Positions 35,077 to 48,633 are shown, counted from the first letter of the whole stretch. The stretch is 63,986 nucleotides of DNA, filler included, from Catajapyx aquilonaris (GCA_000934665.2; 3 parts of 3 records of this genome joined end to end with filler, not necessarily neighbours in it), one strand, 5' to 3'. Made by a program: numbers and translations. Notes: generated by a model not told the origin, from the sequence alone.

Positions 35077-37753
35077 ATGAAGAATCCGATGCTGCTAGTT
35101 TGGCTGTGTTTGCTCGTGTCTTCAGTCACTTCGGCTGAATTTGAGAAGAGCGTGAGTGTGACGGTGACCTGGTCGGAAGAAGACGGGTATCAGATACACC
35201 AGAGCGGCGCTGTGCACTCGAAAGCAGCTGATATTTTGGTAGCATCTGCTACTTATAGCAATGCTATTAATGAAACTGGGTGAGGAATATTATATTTTAA
35301 ATTGTAACCAGAATATATTGAATGACAATGTAGCTTTGAGGATGAAAAGGAAATTAAAGTCCGTACTGCTTTTCAGATGGGGCAGAATAGAAATTAAAAC
35401 TTCAGACGATGCTATGGACTCGATGCAAGCGTACGCTGGAGGATTGGCCGAAGGATACCTGACGAAGGACATGATATACATGTTTTGGCAAAACATGGGG
35501 AAGGGCGAGTGTGAGAAATTAAAAGACACATGCGGCAGGATCAAAAGCTACATGAAAAAGAACACAGCCTGGGTCAAATCCATGGTGTCCCTCAAACGAT
35601 ACAAGGATCCATATTGGCATCAGGTGAGTCTCAAAGCAAGGAGCGAGATGTTTTCTACTGATCCTACAACATTTATGTGTATGTCTTTCAATACCTAAGA
35701 CCACGGGTCTGATCTCAGGTTATAAGATAAATTTTAAAAAATATCTTTAAATACTAGCACAAAAATTTGACTTTTTAGTCCCCCCTTACATTTAACTGAC
35801 GGTTACACCTAGCCGTCAGACCACGTAGTGTTCGTTATGCGGAAGTGTAATTTGTTCTCCCTTTGCAGGTTGGTTTATATTACGAGCAATTAGATGGCCT
35901 AAGGGCTGGATACCGAATGGCGGCTCAACAAGGCGAAGATTTGGAGGATTTGGACTTTTTGTAAGCATACGACAAAATTGTTTGAATCTCGACTTTATAA
36001 GCAGGGCATACATTAACATGTGCTTTAGACAAAGTAGATGTATGAGCATTATGATGTTGTAGCTAAGTGCTTTTTGACGATGTTTCAGATGGATGAACAT
36101 GCTGGGTGACTTGCTGGACCTGCAAGTTGCGTTTGCAAACAAAACTTCACTGGGGAGCCCAGAGCCTAGATTTGGTATGTGCAGCGGATTCATCAAAGTT
36201 TTACCTGACGCCAAGGATATATACTTTGGTCATGATGCTTGGTATTTGTAAGTATATTTTGTTACAGCCCTCACTCTGGTAATTAAATGAGAAAGTAAAT
36301 CACCTAATGTCACAACTGGATGTCATTACAGTTATCGATCCATGCTTCGAATGGTGAAGAAATACGAATGGTCCTTCCACGAAACCCCAGACAGAAACTC
36401 ATCTATTGTCGTAGGCAGGGCACAAAGCATGTCCTCGTACCCTGCAATGCTGTTTTCCATGGACGATTTCTACCTCGTGTCTTCTGGGTTGGCAGTGACT
36501 GAAACATCAATCAGCAACTACAACCAGTCACTTTGGAAATTGATCGTTCCAGTTGGAGGGGTGAGGTTCCTTTCTCAATAAGTCTTGTTACACCCCCATT
36601 ATAATAACGATAATAACGGGACAAATGACAGCTGATTTCAGGGGTGAGAGCCACAGCTGCGAACAGACTTGCTATGGACGGTCAGAGTTGGACTTACCTG
36701 TACGGAAGATACAATAGCGGCACTTACAATAATCAGTGGATGGTACTGGATTATAAGAAATTCAAGCCAGGGCAGACCAAGCTGAAGCCCGGGTTGCTGT
36801 ACGTCCTAGAACAAATGCCCGGACACATCGAAACTGGGGTAATTAATATTTTTTCATAATCACAGATTTAAATGATTGAATGTTAATACGAGTGTTTCAT
36901 TTGCAGGACCAAACAGCAGTACTTCAGAAGCAGGGGTATTGGCCAAGTTACAATGTGCCTTACTACGACTCCATCTTCCTAGTGAGCGATCAGGGTGTGA
37001 TGGTGTCGAAGTACGGGGACTTCTTCACTTACTCAGGTGCACCCAGAGCCCAGATATTTTCACGAGATCATTCTGGGGTCACGGACCTGACTGCGATGAC
37101 TCACATTATGCGATACAATAACTACTTGCATGACCCCTTGGCCACATGCAATTGCACTCCATCTCACAACGCAGTTAATGCCATTGCGGCCAGAGCTGAC
37201 TTGAATCCCAAAAATGGTTCTTACCCATTTGGAATACTTGCAAACCAGGCTCTGGGAGCCACTGACATGAAGGTAATTATTTCAAGGCTTTTCTGTGTCT
37301 GTTGTCGTTAGAAATACACACGTGTCCTATCAATGTAAATTCAACGCATCTGTCAACTACGCTAACCAAGGCACGATGGCCAATTCATATGAGTTCGCGT
37401 CGTATCAACGGCCAGGAAAAAACCTTCGTTATAATATTTTGTGCTATGATTGAGAGTTACGTTCATTATATTGCACCTGACTTTAAATTATCTGCATTTA
37501 CATATAATGTTAGATAAAAATGGCATCATGATGATTATTATTAATTTGCTAATGTATTTCTTTGTGCTCTTCCAATGTTAAGGTCACCAGCTCAGGACTG
37601 TTTGGACAGCTGGAATTTTTGGCTGGAGCAGGACCCACATTTGGCGACGTTCCTGAGTTTAGGTGGAGTCAGAGTGGATTTGACGATGAGCCGCATTATG
37701 GTCAGCCGGATCTGTGGAAGTTTGACCCAGTTCACGTTCAGTGGAGCCAGTGA
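35077..37753 (+). CDS. PLBD2: Phospholipase B-like 2 (lysosomal Ntn-hydrolase, lama-like)
   Basis: Exons 35077-35279, 35377-35623, 35869-35960, 36089-36247, 36332-36560, 36632-36838, 36907-37272, 37583-37753. Signal peptide, AYAGGLAEGYLT, PYWHQV, nucleophile Cys in GMCSGFIK, YNSGTYNNQWM, YWPSYNVPY, MRYNNY.HDP, HYGQPDLWKF. Confidence 0.93.
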
Positions 37754-39999
37754 TCAAAGTGAGTTACTCTCTTGTGGTGCTCTTGACGACAATTTAAAAC
37801 GTGGACCATTGATGGCGTAGGATTCCGAAGACCTCTTGCAAAAAGAAATATTGTGCCCAGGACCTCCGAGCAAGAATATTTTGTAGGTGTTTCTATGGAT
37901 ATGTCTGCAGTGGTTAGTGATTTTACTGGGTGCTTATTTTTAAGCAGTTACATTAACAATGGTAAGAACATAAAAATGAGTTGCTTATTGCAAAAAAATT
38001 GCCAGGCTACTTTTTACCTTTCTTTTCCTGGTCTCGTGAAATGTGTTTTTAAACGTAAATCAGAATCTATGTATGTAGGGGTTACGTAAGTCGGGGACTG
38101 ACGATCATAGAGTCTGTTTAGAAACGCACATTCAATCTGTGATATATATATTGATATTTGAAGTAAATGTACATGAAGTCATGACCCTTATGGAGAAATC
38201 CACGGGATTGTTACAATTCATCATTGCAATAAACGTAAGTATCCTGCAAGATACTTATGTGCTATTATCACATATGACTTGCTATTTATATTTTTAACCC
38301 TGTTATGTAGTGTAAGAAAATTATATGTTTTTCTGATTCACAGGTCGAAAAAAAATTCTGCTAATTAGCAAAGTAATTATTGCAAGTTATCTAATCATTA
38401 GCGTCGGAGCCGACATGCATGAATTTTTATGTGGATACTCATCACAATAATGGCGTGTAAGTTGACTGATTTAACGCAGTTCAATCCTTCGTTGCTTGTA
38501 CCAGCTGGCACCTAAATAATGAGAAGTGATAATCGCATGCAATCGCTGCGGGTAAAAAGTCACAGAATGTTTGTCTTTTTATGTAACATGTGTTTGTTCA
38601 AAACATTTTTTTTCTTTATTGCTTGAACTTCGGTAGTTTTTTTCTGAGTCAATTGCGTGGCAACAACTGACATTCAACATGAGTCAAGTTATCCAGTCTC
38701 TACAAACTCAAACTTTAGTTTCACGATGCAAACGTTGGAAAGCGGGGGGGGGAAAAAATTGACATTCGAATTTTCACAATGTTTGTATAGTCTGGATCCT
38801 TTTCATGAACAACATATAAACAACACATTTAAATTACAAATCAGATGAACTTCTCTCTTTTCTATTTATATAAAATAGACACTGGAAATATTTCTACAAA
38901 ATATGTACAGCACAGTATCGTTTTGACTGGAAGAGGACCGCCAGTAATGATGTCGGGATGATAATTGCTAAAATGAGCAATTATTATTGCCAGTAGCCTA
39001 CTCGTAACATTTTACCGCAAGAATCATGAGAATTTTTTTACTAGTAAGATGCTAATTATTCATAAGGTTTCTCTACGGAGCCCTTTAGTTCCAGTGTCAT
39101 CCTTTCCGACACCTTAATGAATATGCATCGGAAAGGAGTGAAATGCATTCAGAGACAACGAGAAAAAAAAAATGTCAAAGGAAGCTCCTAGACTAGAATT
39201 ATGATAATGTTGATATATATAATGCAATGATTTTCGCTCTCCTTTTTTTTTTTTTTTGATTGGGTTCATTATTCATTTTTTGAACACATTTTAGTTAGTG
39301 ATTATGGCAATGCAAATTTTGGCAGCACTGAACCTGAGATTGGCCGACCAACATGCCAATCGCAATTTGTCCAGTAACGTCATGGCTGTGACATTGTTTG
39401 CATGAAATGAAACCGGCGTTGTATAGCGGCTACAACCTCTTTTTAGCAACTTGGCTTGGAAAGAGAACTTATCTGAGCGTAAAGAGGGGGAGCTCGCTTG
39501 GTGAAAATGGGAACAACGCACACACACAAAAAAAAAGAACAATTAATCTCAAGTTGTGCTCGGTTTGGCGGCCGCAAATTATAGCTGACCGTTTGGAGTG
39601 GACAGGGGTGAGTTAAGACATAAGGGCATGAAGGTCAAGTGATAAAGGACAACCAGAGGGAAGGAGGTAAATGACCGACATGAAAACTACATTGTTTCAA
39701 AAAAGAAAAAAAACTAAATACGTTGACTAAATTTATCGAAACAAATTGAATTTTTTATCAACTACATCTCACATTGATTCGTGCATTGTCGAGCGCTAGG
39801 AATTCAACTGGCGCTTTTTTTAATAGCTACTTTTACATAGAAACTGAATTGTACAATTCGATGCTCATTTCGTTATATCAGGCGAGAGATAAAAATTAAT
39901 AGTTTAATAGGTTGAGACTAGTTTTTTATTATTATTTAAAAAATTGTGGCCAAAGTACATCTCGCCTGTTTATTGTTATTTCCAACTGTCTTCAGAAAG

Positions 40000-40390
40000 G
40001 CCTGTTGGAAATAATGACATTGGCCGGTTGGAAATAGTGACATTGTCCGGTTGGAAATAGTGACATTATCCGGTTGGAAATTGTGACATTGGCCGGTTGG
40101 AAATAGTGACATTATCCGGTTGGAAATAGTGACATTGGCCAGCTGGAAACAATGACATTATCCAGTTGGAAATAGTGACATTGGCCAGTTGGAAATAGTG
40201 ACATATGTAGTATACTATACTGACATATGTCTGGTTGTAAATAATGACATTGGCCGGTTGGAAATAATCACATCGGCCAGTTGGAAACAACGACATTATC
40301 CAGTTGGAAATTGTGCCATTGTCTGGTTGGAAATAATGACATTAGCCGGTTGGAAATATAATCACATCGGCCAGTTGGAAATAATCACAT
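40000..40390. repeat. 23-bp tandem repeat array
   Basis: Unit cattggccggttggaaatagtga, roughly 16 diverged copies. Confidence 0.9.
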
Positions 40391-40696
40391 ACACTTTTTG
40401 ACAGCCCCCCCTCCCCCATAAAGTACATCACATGAAGCGACCTGTTTAATACTTCTCGGTACACGCCCTCTTTGCGTTTTTTTAAGTGTTTAAAAAAATT
40501 GGCAAAACACCGAGGATGGACTTTGCATTGTTATAGTTAAATGGAATTACCTCTCACTAACAATACTGCATCAATATTTTTTTAATGATCATTGTTTTTT
40601 TAAACCCACCCTCGCTTGTTTTTAAAGCTCATTGTGTATCATCCTCATGAGTATTTTATTTCAAAATGTCTCCAATTAAATTTTTTTTTGACTTTT

Positions 40697-40889
40697 CTAG
40701 TACGGTATAGGATCGCGTATATAAGCCTGCTTTTTGTACTCGTACTTGACACACTTGCCCCACCATGACCTCTTGGAGCACACCTTCTCAGGCTTCAAGA
40801 CGAAACACTTGGTCTGCACAATGTTGAAGAAAAGCTTGCCCACCAGGTTGGAAGCAGCGGTGTTGGTCATCTTCAGACATGAACGGAAC
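40697..40889 (-). CDS. Last coding exon of a group III secretory phospholipase A2-like gene (5' exons not found)
   Basis: Poly-T acceptor tttgtttag|G then FRSCLKMTNTAASNLVGKLFFNIVQTKCFVLKPEKVCSKRSWWGKC...PY*, matching the F..CL....VG..FFN....CF C-terminus of group III sPLA2. Confidence 0.75.
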
Positions 40890-41112
40890 CTAAACAAAAA
40901 AAAAAAAGAGGAAACATTATAAAGTCTGTATACTTCAGATGAACGGTACGGTCGGTACGGTGTGCAAAATGGGGCATTGGCTTCGAGCAGTGTCTGGAAC
41001 GAAATGTTTTAACGGGTCTCTATGGGGTCAATGGAGGAAACTTGATGCTTCCTGTGGTTTCCCTTTTCCTGTTTTGAACAGCCTCTTTGTCCTTTTAACT
41101 TTGGGATGGGCG

Positions 41113-41995
41113 AAACAGTCGACATCAAAGGGACGCATCCCCATGGATATCCTCTGGATGTCCAAATGTCACTTGCCCTAGAGATCCTCGAGCCAACATG
41201 ACGTCATGTAGTCTCTATTACGGACTGTTTACGTATATCCTGGCCGCCATCTTGCGGTCATCTGGCTCTAGCCAATAGGAGTCGACCGTGACGTCAGAGC
41301 CGGCCGCCACAGGAAGAGAGTCACCAACTTCTGACGTCACATCGTCTCTGATTGGCTGGAGTAATTATGGAGTGTTTATGTATCCTGGCCGCCATCTTGC
41401 GTGACGTCACATCCGGTCATTTTTAGACTTTTAGACTCTTTCGAAGAAAAGTCTTATAGCACGGCTATGTCTGTCTGATACCTGTCCATAGGGCTGTGCG
41501 ATATTTCGATACATCGACTGTCGATACGATATTTTCCTAAGTTGCGATATCCGACGCTTGGCATATGCGATGTATCGAATATCGCGATTTTTCGATGTCG
41601 GTTTTCGATATTTTTCGATGTCGGTTCGATGTCAGTTTATCGATTATCGATATATCGACTTCGATTCGATATTTTTTGAGTATCGAAAGTTGATATGCAA
41701 TTTCGGATATCGCACAGCCCTACCTGTCCACAGACAGACAGACAGCCGTTCTATCTTCTGTAAGACGTTTTTCTTCGAAAAAGTCTCAGTCTTATAGCAC
41801 GGCTCTGTCTGATACCTGTCCACAGACAGACAGACAGACAGCCGTTCTATAAGACGTTTTTCTTCGAAAAAGTATAAAAGTCTTATAGCACGGCTCTCTC
41901 TGATACCTATCCACAGACAGACAGCCAGTCTATAAGATGTTTTTCTTCGAAAAAGTCTAAAAGTCTTACAGCACGGCTCTGTCTGATACCTGTCC

Positions 41996-42030
<35 letters not shown>

Positions 42031-42310
42031 GCCATTCTATAAGATGTTTTTCTTCGAAAAAGTCTAAAAGTCTAATAGCACGGCTCTGTCTGATACCTGA
42101 CCACAGACAGACTGACTGACTGACTGACTGACAGAGCTGTTCTATAAGACTTGTTTGTTCGAAAAAGTCTTAAAAATGGCCGGATGTGACGTCACGGTCG
42201 ACTCCGATTGACTCCTGCGCCTGAATCCGATATCCAGGAGATATCCAACCTGGATATCACTTGAGAATCCAACCTGGATATCCATGGGGCGTCCCCTGGA
42301 TGTCGAGCCT
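41113..42310. mobile_element. Composite non-autonomous DNA element with an internal ~90-bp tandem repeat
   Basis: Outer inverted repeats tcgacatc..gggacgc..cccatggatatcc; inner inverted repeats gtgacgtcacatccgg.catttt (~41401 / ~42192); tandem units aaaagtcttatagcacggctctgtctgatacctgtccacagacag. An inverted unit recurs at ~59480-59580. Confidence 0.7.
41489..41722. mobile_element. hAT-type MITE nested in the tandem array
   Basis: TIR tagggctgtgcgatat / atatcgcacagcccta; perfect 8-bp TSD cctgtcca (41481-41488, 41723-41730). Confidence 0.9.
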
Positions 42311-42806
42311 GATCAGTCTGATGTGCTATACCACATCCCTCACCCATATGACGCTGGACAGAGTCACAAACCAATTCTAGCGACTAATAATGCATGTAAA
42401 AAGCCAGGAAATCCTTTTCAACAATTCTAATGATAAGAAGCTTTTCATTTTGCAACATTTCGCCCCCAATTGTTCCTGAGGATTAGCGTCATTATCGGTT
42501 CTATGTGGAGAGAAAGCTTGACCCATAACCCCTCCCCCTTTCCTCCCCTATTTACAGCTGGAATCAAAGTAACTTCCCCTTCCATGGCACGTGCCCCTCA
42601 ACACTCGGAAAAAGAGACGGAGGAGGAGGAGGGAATGGAGGGGAGAAGAAATAGGGAGGGAAAAACTGGGGGGTTTTTTTCCCCCCCCTAGCAGCCAAAA
42701 GCACAAAGCAAATTGCCAAAGCAATCGATCTGGATTGATCAGCTCATTGTACAGGACAAAGGCGATTCCTTCTCCCCTCTCTTGGGCGACCACTCCTCAA
42801 AAATTT

Positions 42807-42906
42807 NNNNNNNNNNNNNNNNNNNNNNNNNNNNNNNNNNNNNNNNNNNNTTAATTAATTAANNNNNNNNNNNNNNNNNNNNNNNNNNNNNNNNNNNNNN
42901 NNNNNN
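42807..42906. other. Assembly gap with TTAATTAATTAA spacer
   Basis: 44 N + TTAATTAATTAA + 44 N. Confidence 0.97.
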
Positions 42907-43933
42907 GTTACTGAACACACTACAGTAACCGCAGTAGTGTGTTCAGTACCCTGCCAGTTTAGCCTTTTTCAGTGCAACCCGCAAGGCTAAAAACCCGTAT
43001 AACCAGGTTCAAATTTACCTTGACTCTTGCCAGCCCGCCCGACTTGATTCAAACTGATTGGACGTGATGTCACACCGGAGACAGCAATAAATAAATTGAT
43101 TACTGCCGTATTTATAATTGTTTTATCAAACCGACCGGGGTTGTCGCCACCTACGATTTTTACCCACCCCCTCGCACTCGCTTGACCCGTGACTCTGATA
43201 CACCCTGTATAGAGTAGTACCATTCTTTATGAATGGTACTGTACCTGTTTTATGCCGGTAATTGGTTCCAGCAGGCAGCAACATATCAGCGTAAAGCAAA
43301 CCAAAATTATAATGTAAGTAAATGAGATAGGTTCCAAAATTTGCAATTAATTGTCCCTCAGGCAGTATGCTAATATTGCTGTTTTTAATGAGGAATATTT
43401 GAAACATTCATTAACACACTTAATGGGATGTTCTAAGTTGAGGGTCAGCAGGTTCTGAGGGCTCCTTTCTCTTATACAGTACTTCAGTGCAAGTAAGGTA
43501 CAGTCAAACTTCTATAAGTCGAACTTCCCTAAGTCGAAGTTTTCTATAAGTCGAATAAAATGATGAGCTTAGTTGGTCACAATGTAAAAGAATAGGAAAT
43601 AAACTTCCTTAACTCGAAATTCCATAACTCGATGTGCTGGCAGGGCCTTACGATGGGATATCAATGTATTTTCTGTCCCCCTAAGTCGAAGTTCATGTTG
43701 GCGAGTACAGAAAATTAACTCATTTCCCAGCGGAAGGGTCAAGAGTAGGTCACATGTACAGGAAGGCTCAATTTCCTGATCTCCGTCTACCAGACATACC
43801 GAAAGAAGTGTTTGACTGGATTGTGACAATTGAATCCTTGAATTCTAAGAGTAGGCTAACTTCCATAACGGAGATTTTTTTACAACAAAACAATGTGGAA
43901 CATTGCAAGTTTGATAGTGACAGTTATTTTTAA

Positions 43934-44865
43934 AGGGACACTCCAGTCTGAAGACATGTTGATGTCTAAAAGTCAGGCAAAAAATCCTGACCCCAACGCA
44001 AAAATCCGTTTGTCTCAAAACAGAACCGTAAGGCCCGGAGAGAAGGTCAAAGTTGGCAGCATTCGTATCCCCCGCTTGCGGAGTGACGTCACGGGAGGCG
44101 TGTCATTCGCCGACTCGCCATAAGTGGCGCCTCACTCGGGTGGGTGGTGAAACGACGACCAGACAAATGCCTGGCGCGCTCGATTGAAAATGTATAAATG
44201 TTAATGCGGCGGATCCAACCATGGATCCAAGCGCAACAAAATACAATTTTTTTCCAACCTACTGGGTGGGGTTGGAACCGCCCGGAACTCGGAACCGGAA
44301 CCAGAAGCTGGAATTGGTAGGGGAGAAACCCGTGCCAGCTAGGCTCCACGTAGCCCGCTCCTTCCCCACTGGGGCCACTGCCAACCTCGGCGGGGCCCTC
44401 CACATCACCTGCGACAGCATTTGACGCATTTATTTACAGCTGCATTTACATATCAGCCGGTACTACCGGTACTTACCGGTACTAGTCTCCTCCGTGTGAC
44501 TACAACTAGCTCTCGACCGCCCGGGCGCCGCCATCTTGGGATTAATCATTAATGGACCTAATTAGCAGCTAAAAGTAGCAGCTAATTGTAGATGCGCATA
44601 CAATAACGCTTAGGTCCATCCCAAAGGTATGACTGCTTGATGTTTGACATCATCCTCAGCAGGCGGCGACACTCCCGAATAGGGAAAAACGCATTGAAAC
44701 TGCCATTCCCCGAGTGGCGGCTCTGCTTGGTTAGCAGACGGCGAGGATTTGACCCCACGACCCCGGTTACGGTTCTGTTTTGAGACAAACGGATTTTTGC
44801 GTTGGGAGTCAGGATTTTTTGCCTGATTTTTAGACATCAACTTGTCTTCAGACTGGAGTGTCCCT
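43934..44865. mobile_element. Kolobok-like non-autonomous DNA transposon
   Basis: TTAA|agggacactccagtctgaagaca... with ~95-bp near-perfect TIRs ...cagactggagtgtccct|TTAA. AG..CT termini with TTAA TSD fit Kolobok. Confidence 0.8.
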
Positions 44866-44929
44866 TTAAGGTTTGAAAACCTTTCGTCGCTGGATATGAA
44901 GGTAGGCTTCCTTATAGAATTCTGTGTAG

Positions 44930-45075
44930 TGAACACTTTGACCTGACTTGGGTTGCGAGACCGGGACAGTGCCACACACAGCTGGCCATGATTGTGAGAA
45001 GACAGGTTCATTCACGGAAATGCTAACATGCTGATCTGGCCCTCCGAGTTGTTGATCGTCATGGCATAGGCTAGG
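44930..45075 (-). mobile_element. Helitron/PIF1 helicase C-terminal remnant
   Basis: Minus strand LAYAMTINNSEGQ ... HGQLCVALSRSRNPSQVKV, a decayed AMTINKSQGQ / SHGQLYVALSR with a stop or frameshift between. Confidence 0.75.
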
Positions 45076-45261
45076 ATGACATTACATCAATGAACATAAG
45101 ACTTTTGGATCTGGATCTAGCAGGCTATGATTAAGGCTAGACTAATAATAATAGCTGATATGGGCATATTTGAGTGACGCGGCAACATGAGGGATGGAGT
45201 TGCCCTTTGTGTCGGTGATGCTGTATGGCTTTATGGTACCGCAACAATACTGTCATCTGTT

Positions 45262-45344
45262 GGGCGACACGGTGGCGGAGTGGTTAGCACCGCAGCCTTC
45301 CACCTCTAAGGTCCCGAGTTCGATCCCCAGATCAGACAGAGTAT

Positions 45345-45383
<39 letters not shown>

Positions 45384-46060
45384 GTTACCCCGTTTCAGGG
45401 CAGGGCCCTCTTGGGGGGTGATCAGACAGAGTATGCTTATATGGATAGAGTTTCGATGGGTTCTCTCCGTGTTTGCGTGGGTTTTTTCTCCCATGGGGTT
45501 TCTCGGTCAATTAAAAGATGGTCCCCTAAAAAGCCCAAGGAGGCTTATCACGGGGTATCCATTATCTCCACTTTATAATTGATATTAAGGAGGTTGGCCC
45601 AGCATTGCCTTTCAACCTCCGAGGATAGGGAAGGAAGGAAGCGGCTGTGGCCTATAATACTATCAGAGCTGCCAACCCTACCCCCAAAAAATGAGGGGGA
45701 GGGAATGACATAATGAGGGGGATTGGGCATCTGAGAGGGGGATTCTGTGTCCCATCGTTCGCTAAGACGCCATCTTGTTCAAGGTGCAACTCCTGTGGTA
45801 GGTAGCGGGTAGTCTGTCGCGATTGGCTGGATCTTTCTTCCGCAGAAGCGACCCAGGAATTATCCTAGAAAGACCGTGGAAAACCACAGAAAACCACGGT
45901 CAGGGTTGCCGGCCCCGGGATTCGAACCCAGGACCTCCCGATTAGCAGTCGGACGCCCTATCCACTATGCCAACCTGCTTCGGTCCATTATCTCCACTGT
46001 CATCTATCTATTGTGGCTCCGCCAGGCAGGGTTCGTCGCCCTGCAGGATATTTTTAGGTA
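45262..46060 (+). mobile_element. tRNA-headed SINE with V-domain-like core, carrying nested insertions
   Basis: GGTGGCGGAGTGG / GAGTTCGATCCC boxes; core gttctctccgtgtttgcgtgggtttt; inner TSDs atcagacagagta (45331, 45421) and ccattatctccact (45559, 45985). 3' end approximate. Confidence 0.7.
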
Positions 46061-47257
46061 ATGCGGAGCGGAAGCGGAACTGGGCAATTATTATGGGTTT
46101 CGTATCCGCAACATTTACAGTACCGTCCGTCTTGTGTCGCCGGAGGCCAATGAACGTTATTGTGGCTTTGCCAACCTCCAATCCCCTGCTGATCCCACCG
46201 CTGATATCTTGTTTGCTTGCTCGGGAGGTTCATGCGACGCCGCCAAATAAGTCACAAGGGTTTACTCTAAGCTATCAGCTGAAAATGATAATAAGAAATA
46301 AGTTGCTAGATCCTGATCCAAGATGGCGGCATAGTTAGAAAGTGGGGCTGAAAGTAGCAGCTTATATGACAGCTTTCTGAATATTCTGAGACTCAGACTG
46401 AATCAGTTGGCAGACCTGTATTGGCGGGAAAGGAAATAGGTGGCGGTTAGGACTTTTGGCAGGAAGGGAAAGTGGCGGTAAGGGCTTATATGGCAGTAAA
46501 GGGAATTGGCAGGAAGGACTTTCGGCGGTAAAGGGAATTGGCGCTGAGGAGTTTTGGCGGGAAAGGAAATTGGCGGTAAGGCAGGCGACCCCAGCCACTC
46601 CTCGCCCCGGCCTGATGAATTAGTGCCGTGACCAAAAAAGGTGGCGCAGCACTCACCATGGGCCCTTCTCCTTCTGGAGCGTTCCAGAGGCGAAAAAAAT
46701 AAGGCCATTATTATAGGGGGAATCCTCATACCCCTCTTTTCACAAACATTATCTAACTTGCATAGGATCAACTGTAAATCAGCCTCACTCTCCGCCAGAA
46801 GGGCAGAATCATCTGCATACAGCAAGTGACTAACTATCTAACTAACTCCTCACCAAACTGCACTCCTACACCTTCAATCATTGCTTCCCTTACATCTAAG
46901 TACAAGTTAAATAACCAGGGAGACATGACACAACCCTGCTTAACCCCAACACTAATGTTAAACCAGTCAGAGAAACACCCAAGAGTTCTAACACAAGCTC
47001 TACTCTCTTCATACAATGACTCTACAGCCTCCAACAGGCGACCATTCACTCCATAGAGACTCTGAACCTCCCACAAACCTTCCCTACTTACTGTGTCATA
47101 TGCTTTCTCTAAGTCTACAAAGGCAACATAAACCTTCTTGTTTACAGCTAAATACTTTTCTATCACGAGTTTCATACAGAATATCTGATCTACACAACTC
47201 TTACTCGACATAAACCCACTCGGAATATTGAGTATTCTCCGACTTGTGACCCTCTTA

Positions 47258-47584
47258 TTTATTTTATTTATTGTACCCCGTGTTCTATAGTGGGGTGGTA
47301 CACCACCATTTTTCCTCAATTTTCTAAGTTAACTTCACTCCGGTGTAGGGAAACAAGGACATTGGGTAAGGATAGGGATTTTTGGGGAGGGAACATGGGT
47401 GCAAGTGCATTGTCTGAAAAGGGGTCATGTATTGTTCCCCAGGAGGTTAGGTTGCCAGACACCTCCTTGGTGCAGGTTAGAGACCCTCCTGACGCAGGTG
47501 GAAGGAACTCCCAGGTGGGGATCGAACCTGGGACCTTCCACTCAGCAAGCCGAGATGTTACCATCTCGGCCACCACACCTCCCC
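47258..47584 (-). mobile_element. tRNA-derived SINE inserted in the LINE RT
   Basis: Minus head GGTGTGGTGGCCGAGATGG..GGTTCGATCCC, A-rich tail; TSD tgtgaccc(t/c)ctta at 47245-47257 and 47585-47597. Confidence 0.85.
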
Positions 47585-48633
47585 TGTGACCCCCTTAACT
47601 CTTTCTATCAAAACCTTAGCATACACTTTCCCTGGTACACTTAACAAACTAATGCCACGCTAATTCTTGCAGTCACACACATCTCCCTTACCCTTATAGA
47701 GGTACTATAATAGCATCCCTCCAATCCCTAGGAACTACACCATTATCAAAAGAAACCCTACATAAATTAGCCAAAAAAAGTAACTACATCATCCCCGCCA
47801 CACCTCACCATTTCCGAAGAAATACCATCAACCCCAGGGGATTTACCTAGTTTAAGTTCTAAAGCAGCAGCTGCAACTTCCTTCTTACTAATATCCCCAA
47901 TTAAGCTTACAGATACATCAACACTAGCCTTATCACTTGCTGACAGCACTTAAAATACACTCCCCAACGACCTTTCGCCTCTTCTCCATCCCACAGCATG
48001 TCAGCATGTCCCACAGCATGGCCCACTTCGGCGCCATCGAAAATATTAGCTGTGTTTCGTTTTCAGGCTTCCCCCTTGCATTACAGGTCCATGGTCCATC
48101 TGGTGCCTTGGACGTCACCCATTTCACCCAGGCGCATCGCAGGTCATGTGTGCACCGCCTTTTGTCCAGGTCAACCCAGCAGCAGGGTTGATTACATGTG
48201 TACTGCTATTGGCAGCTAATATTTTCGATGGCGCCGAAGTGGGACATTTTACACGTCACTGCTACGTCATCGCAAAATCACTGCTATTAATCGCCGTTAT
48301 AAAACGACACTTGAAGTTGGACCACCCTGTATTTCCTAATTCATAATTGCCAGCTTTATCACTGTTTTCATTACACTGGTCGTACGAGATGGCCAGGTGC
48401 ATTGTTCCCATCTTGGGAATATGCCTTGAGTGTAATGAATGAATGAATGAATCATTGTTTTTCCCACGTAAAGAAACCTTTATGCACCAAAAACCTCGCC
48501 GATATCAGATATAAAGTCCAGCTTCCTCAGATCCTTGAAAAAGGGATCAATTTTTGACTTTTTGACCACGTTTTGACCAAAGCATCTCATGAATTCTTGA
48601 GAACCAGGATTTTTCTAGAAAGGTGCTTTCTTA

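Noticed and set aside
40000..40390. Regular repeats superficially like a CRISPR array (also 27250-27650 and 41430-42170)
   Set aside because: Head-to-tail units without unique spacers, no cas genes, eukaryotic context.
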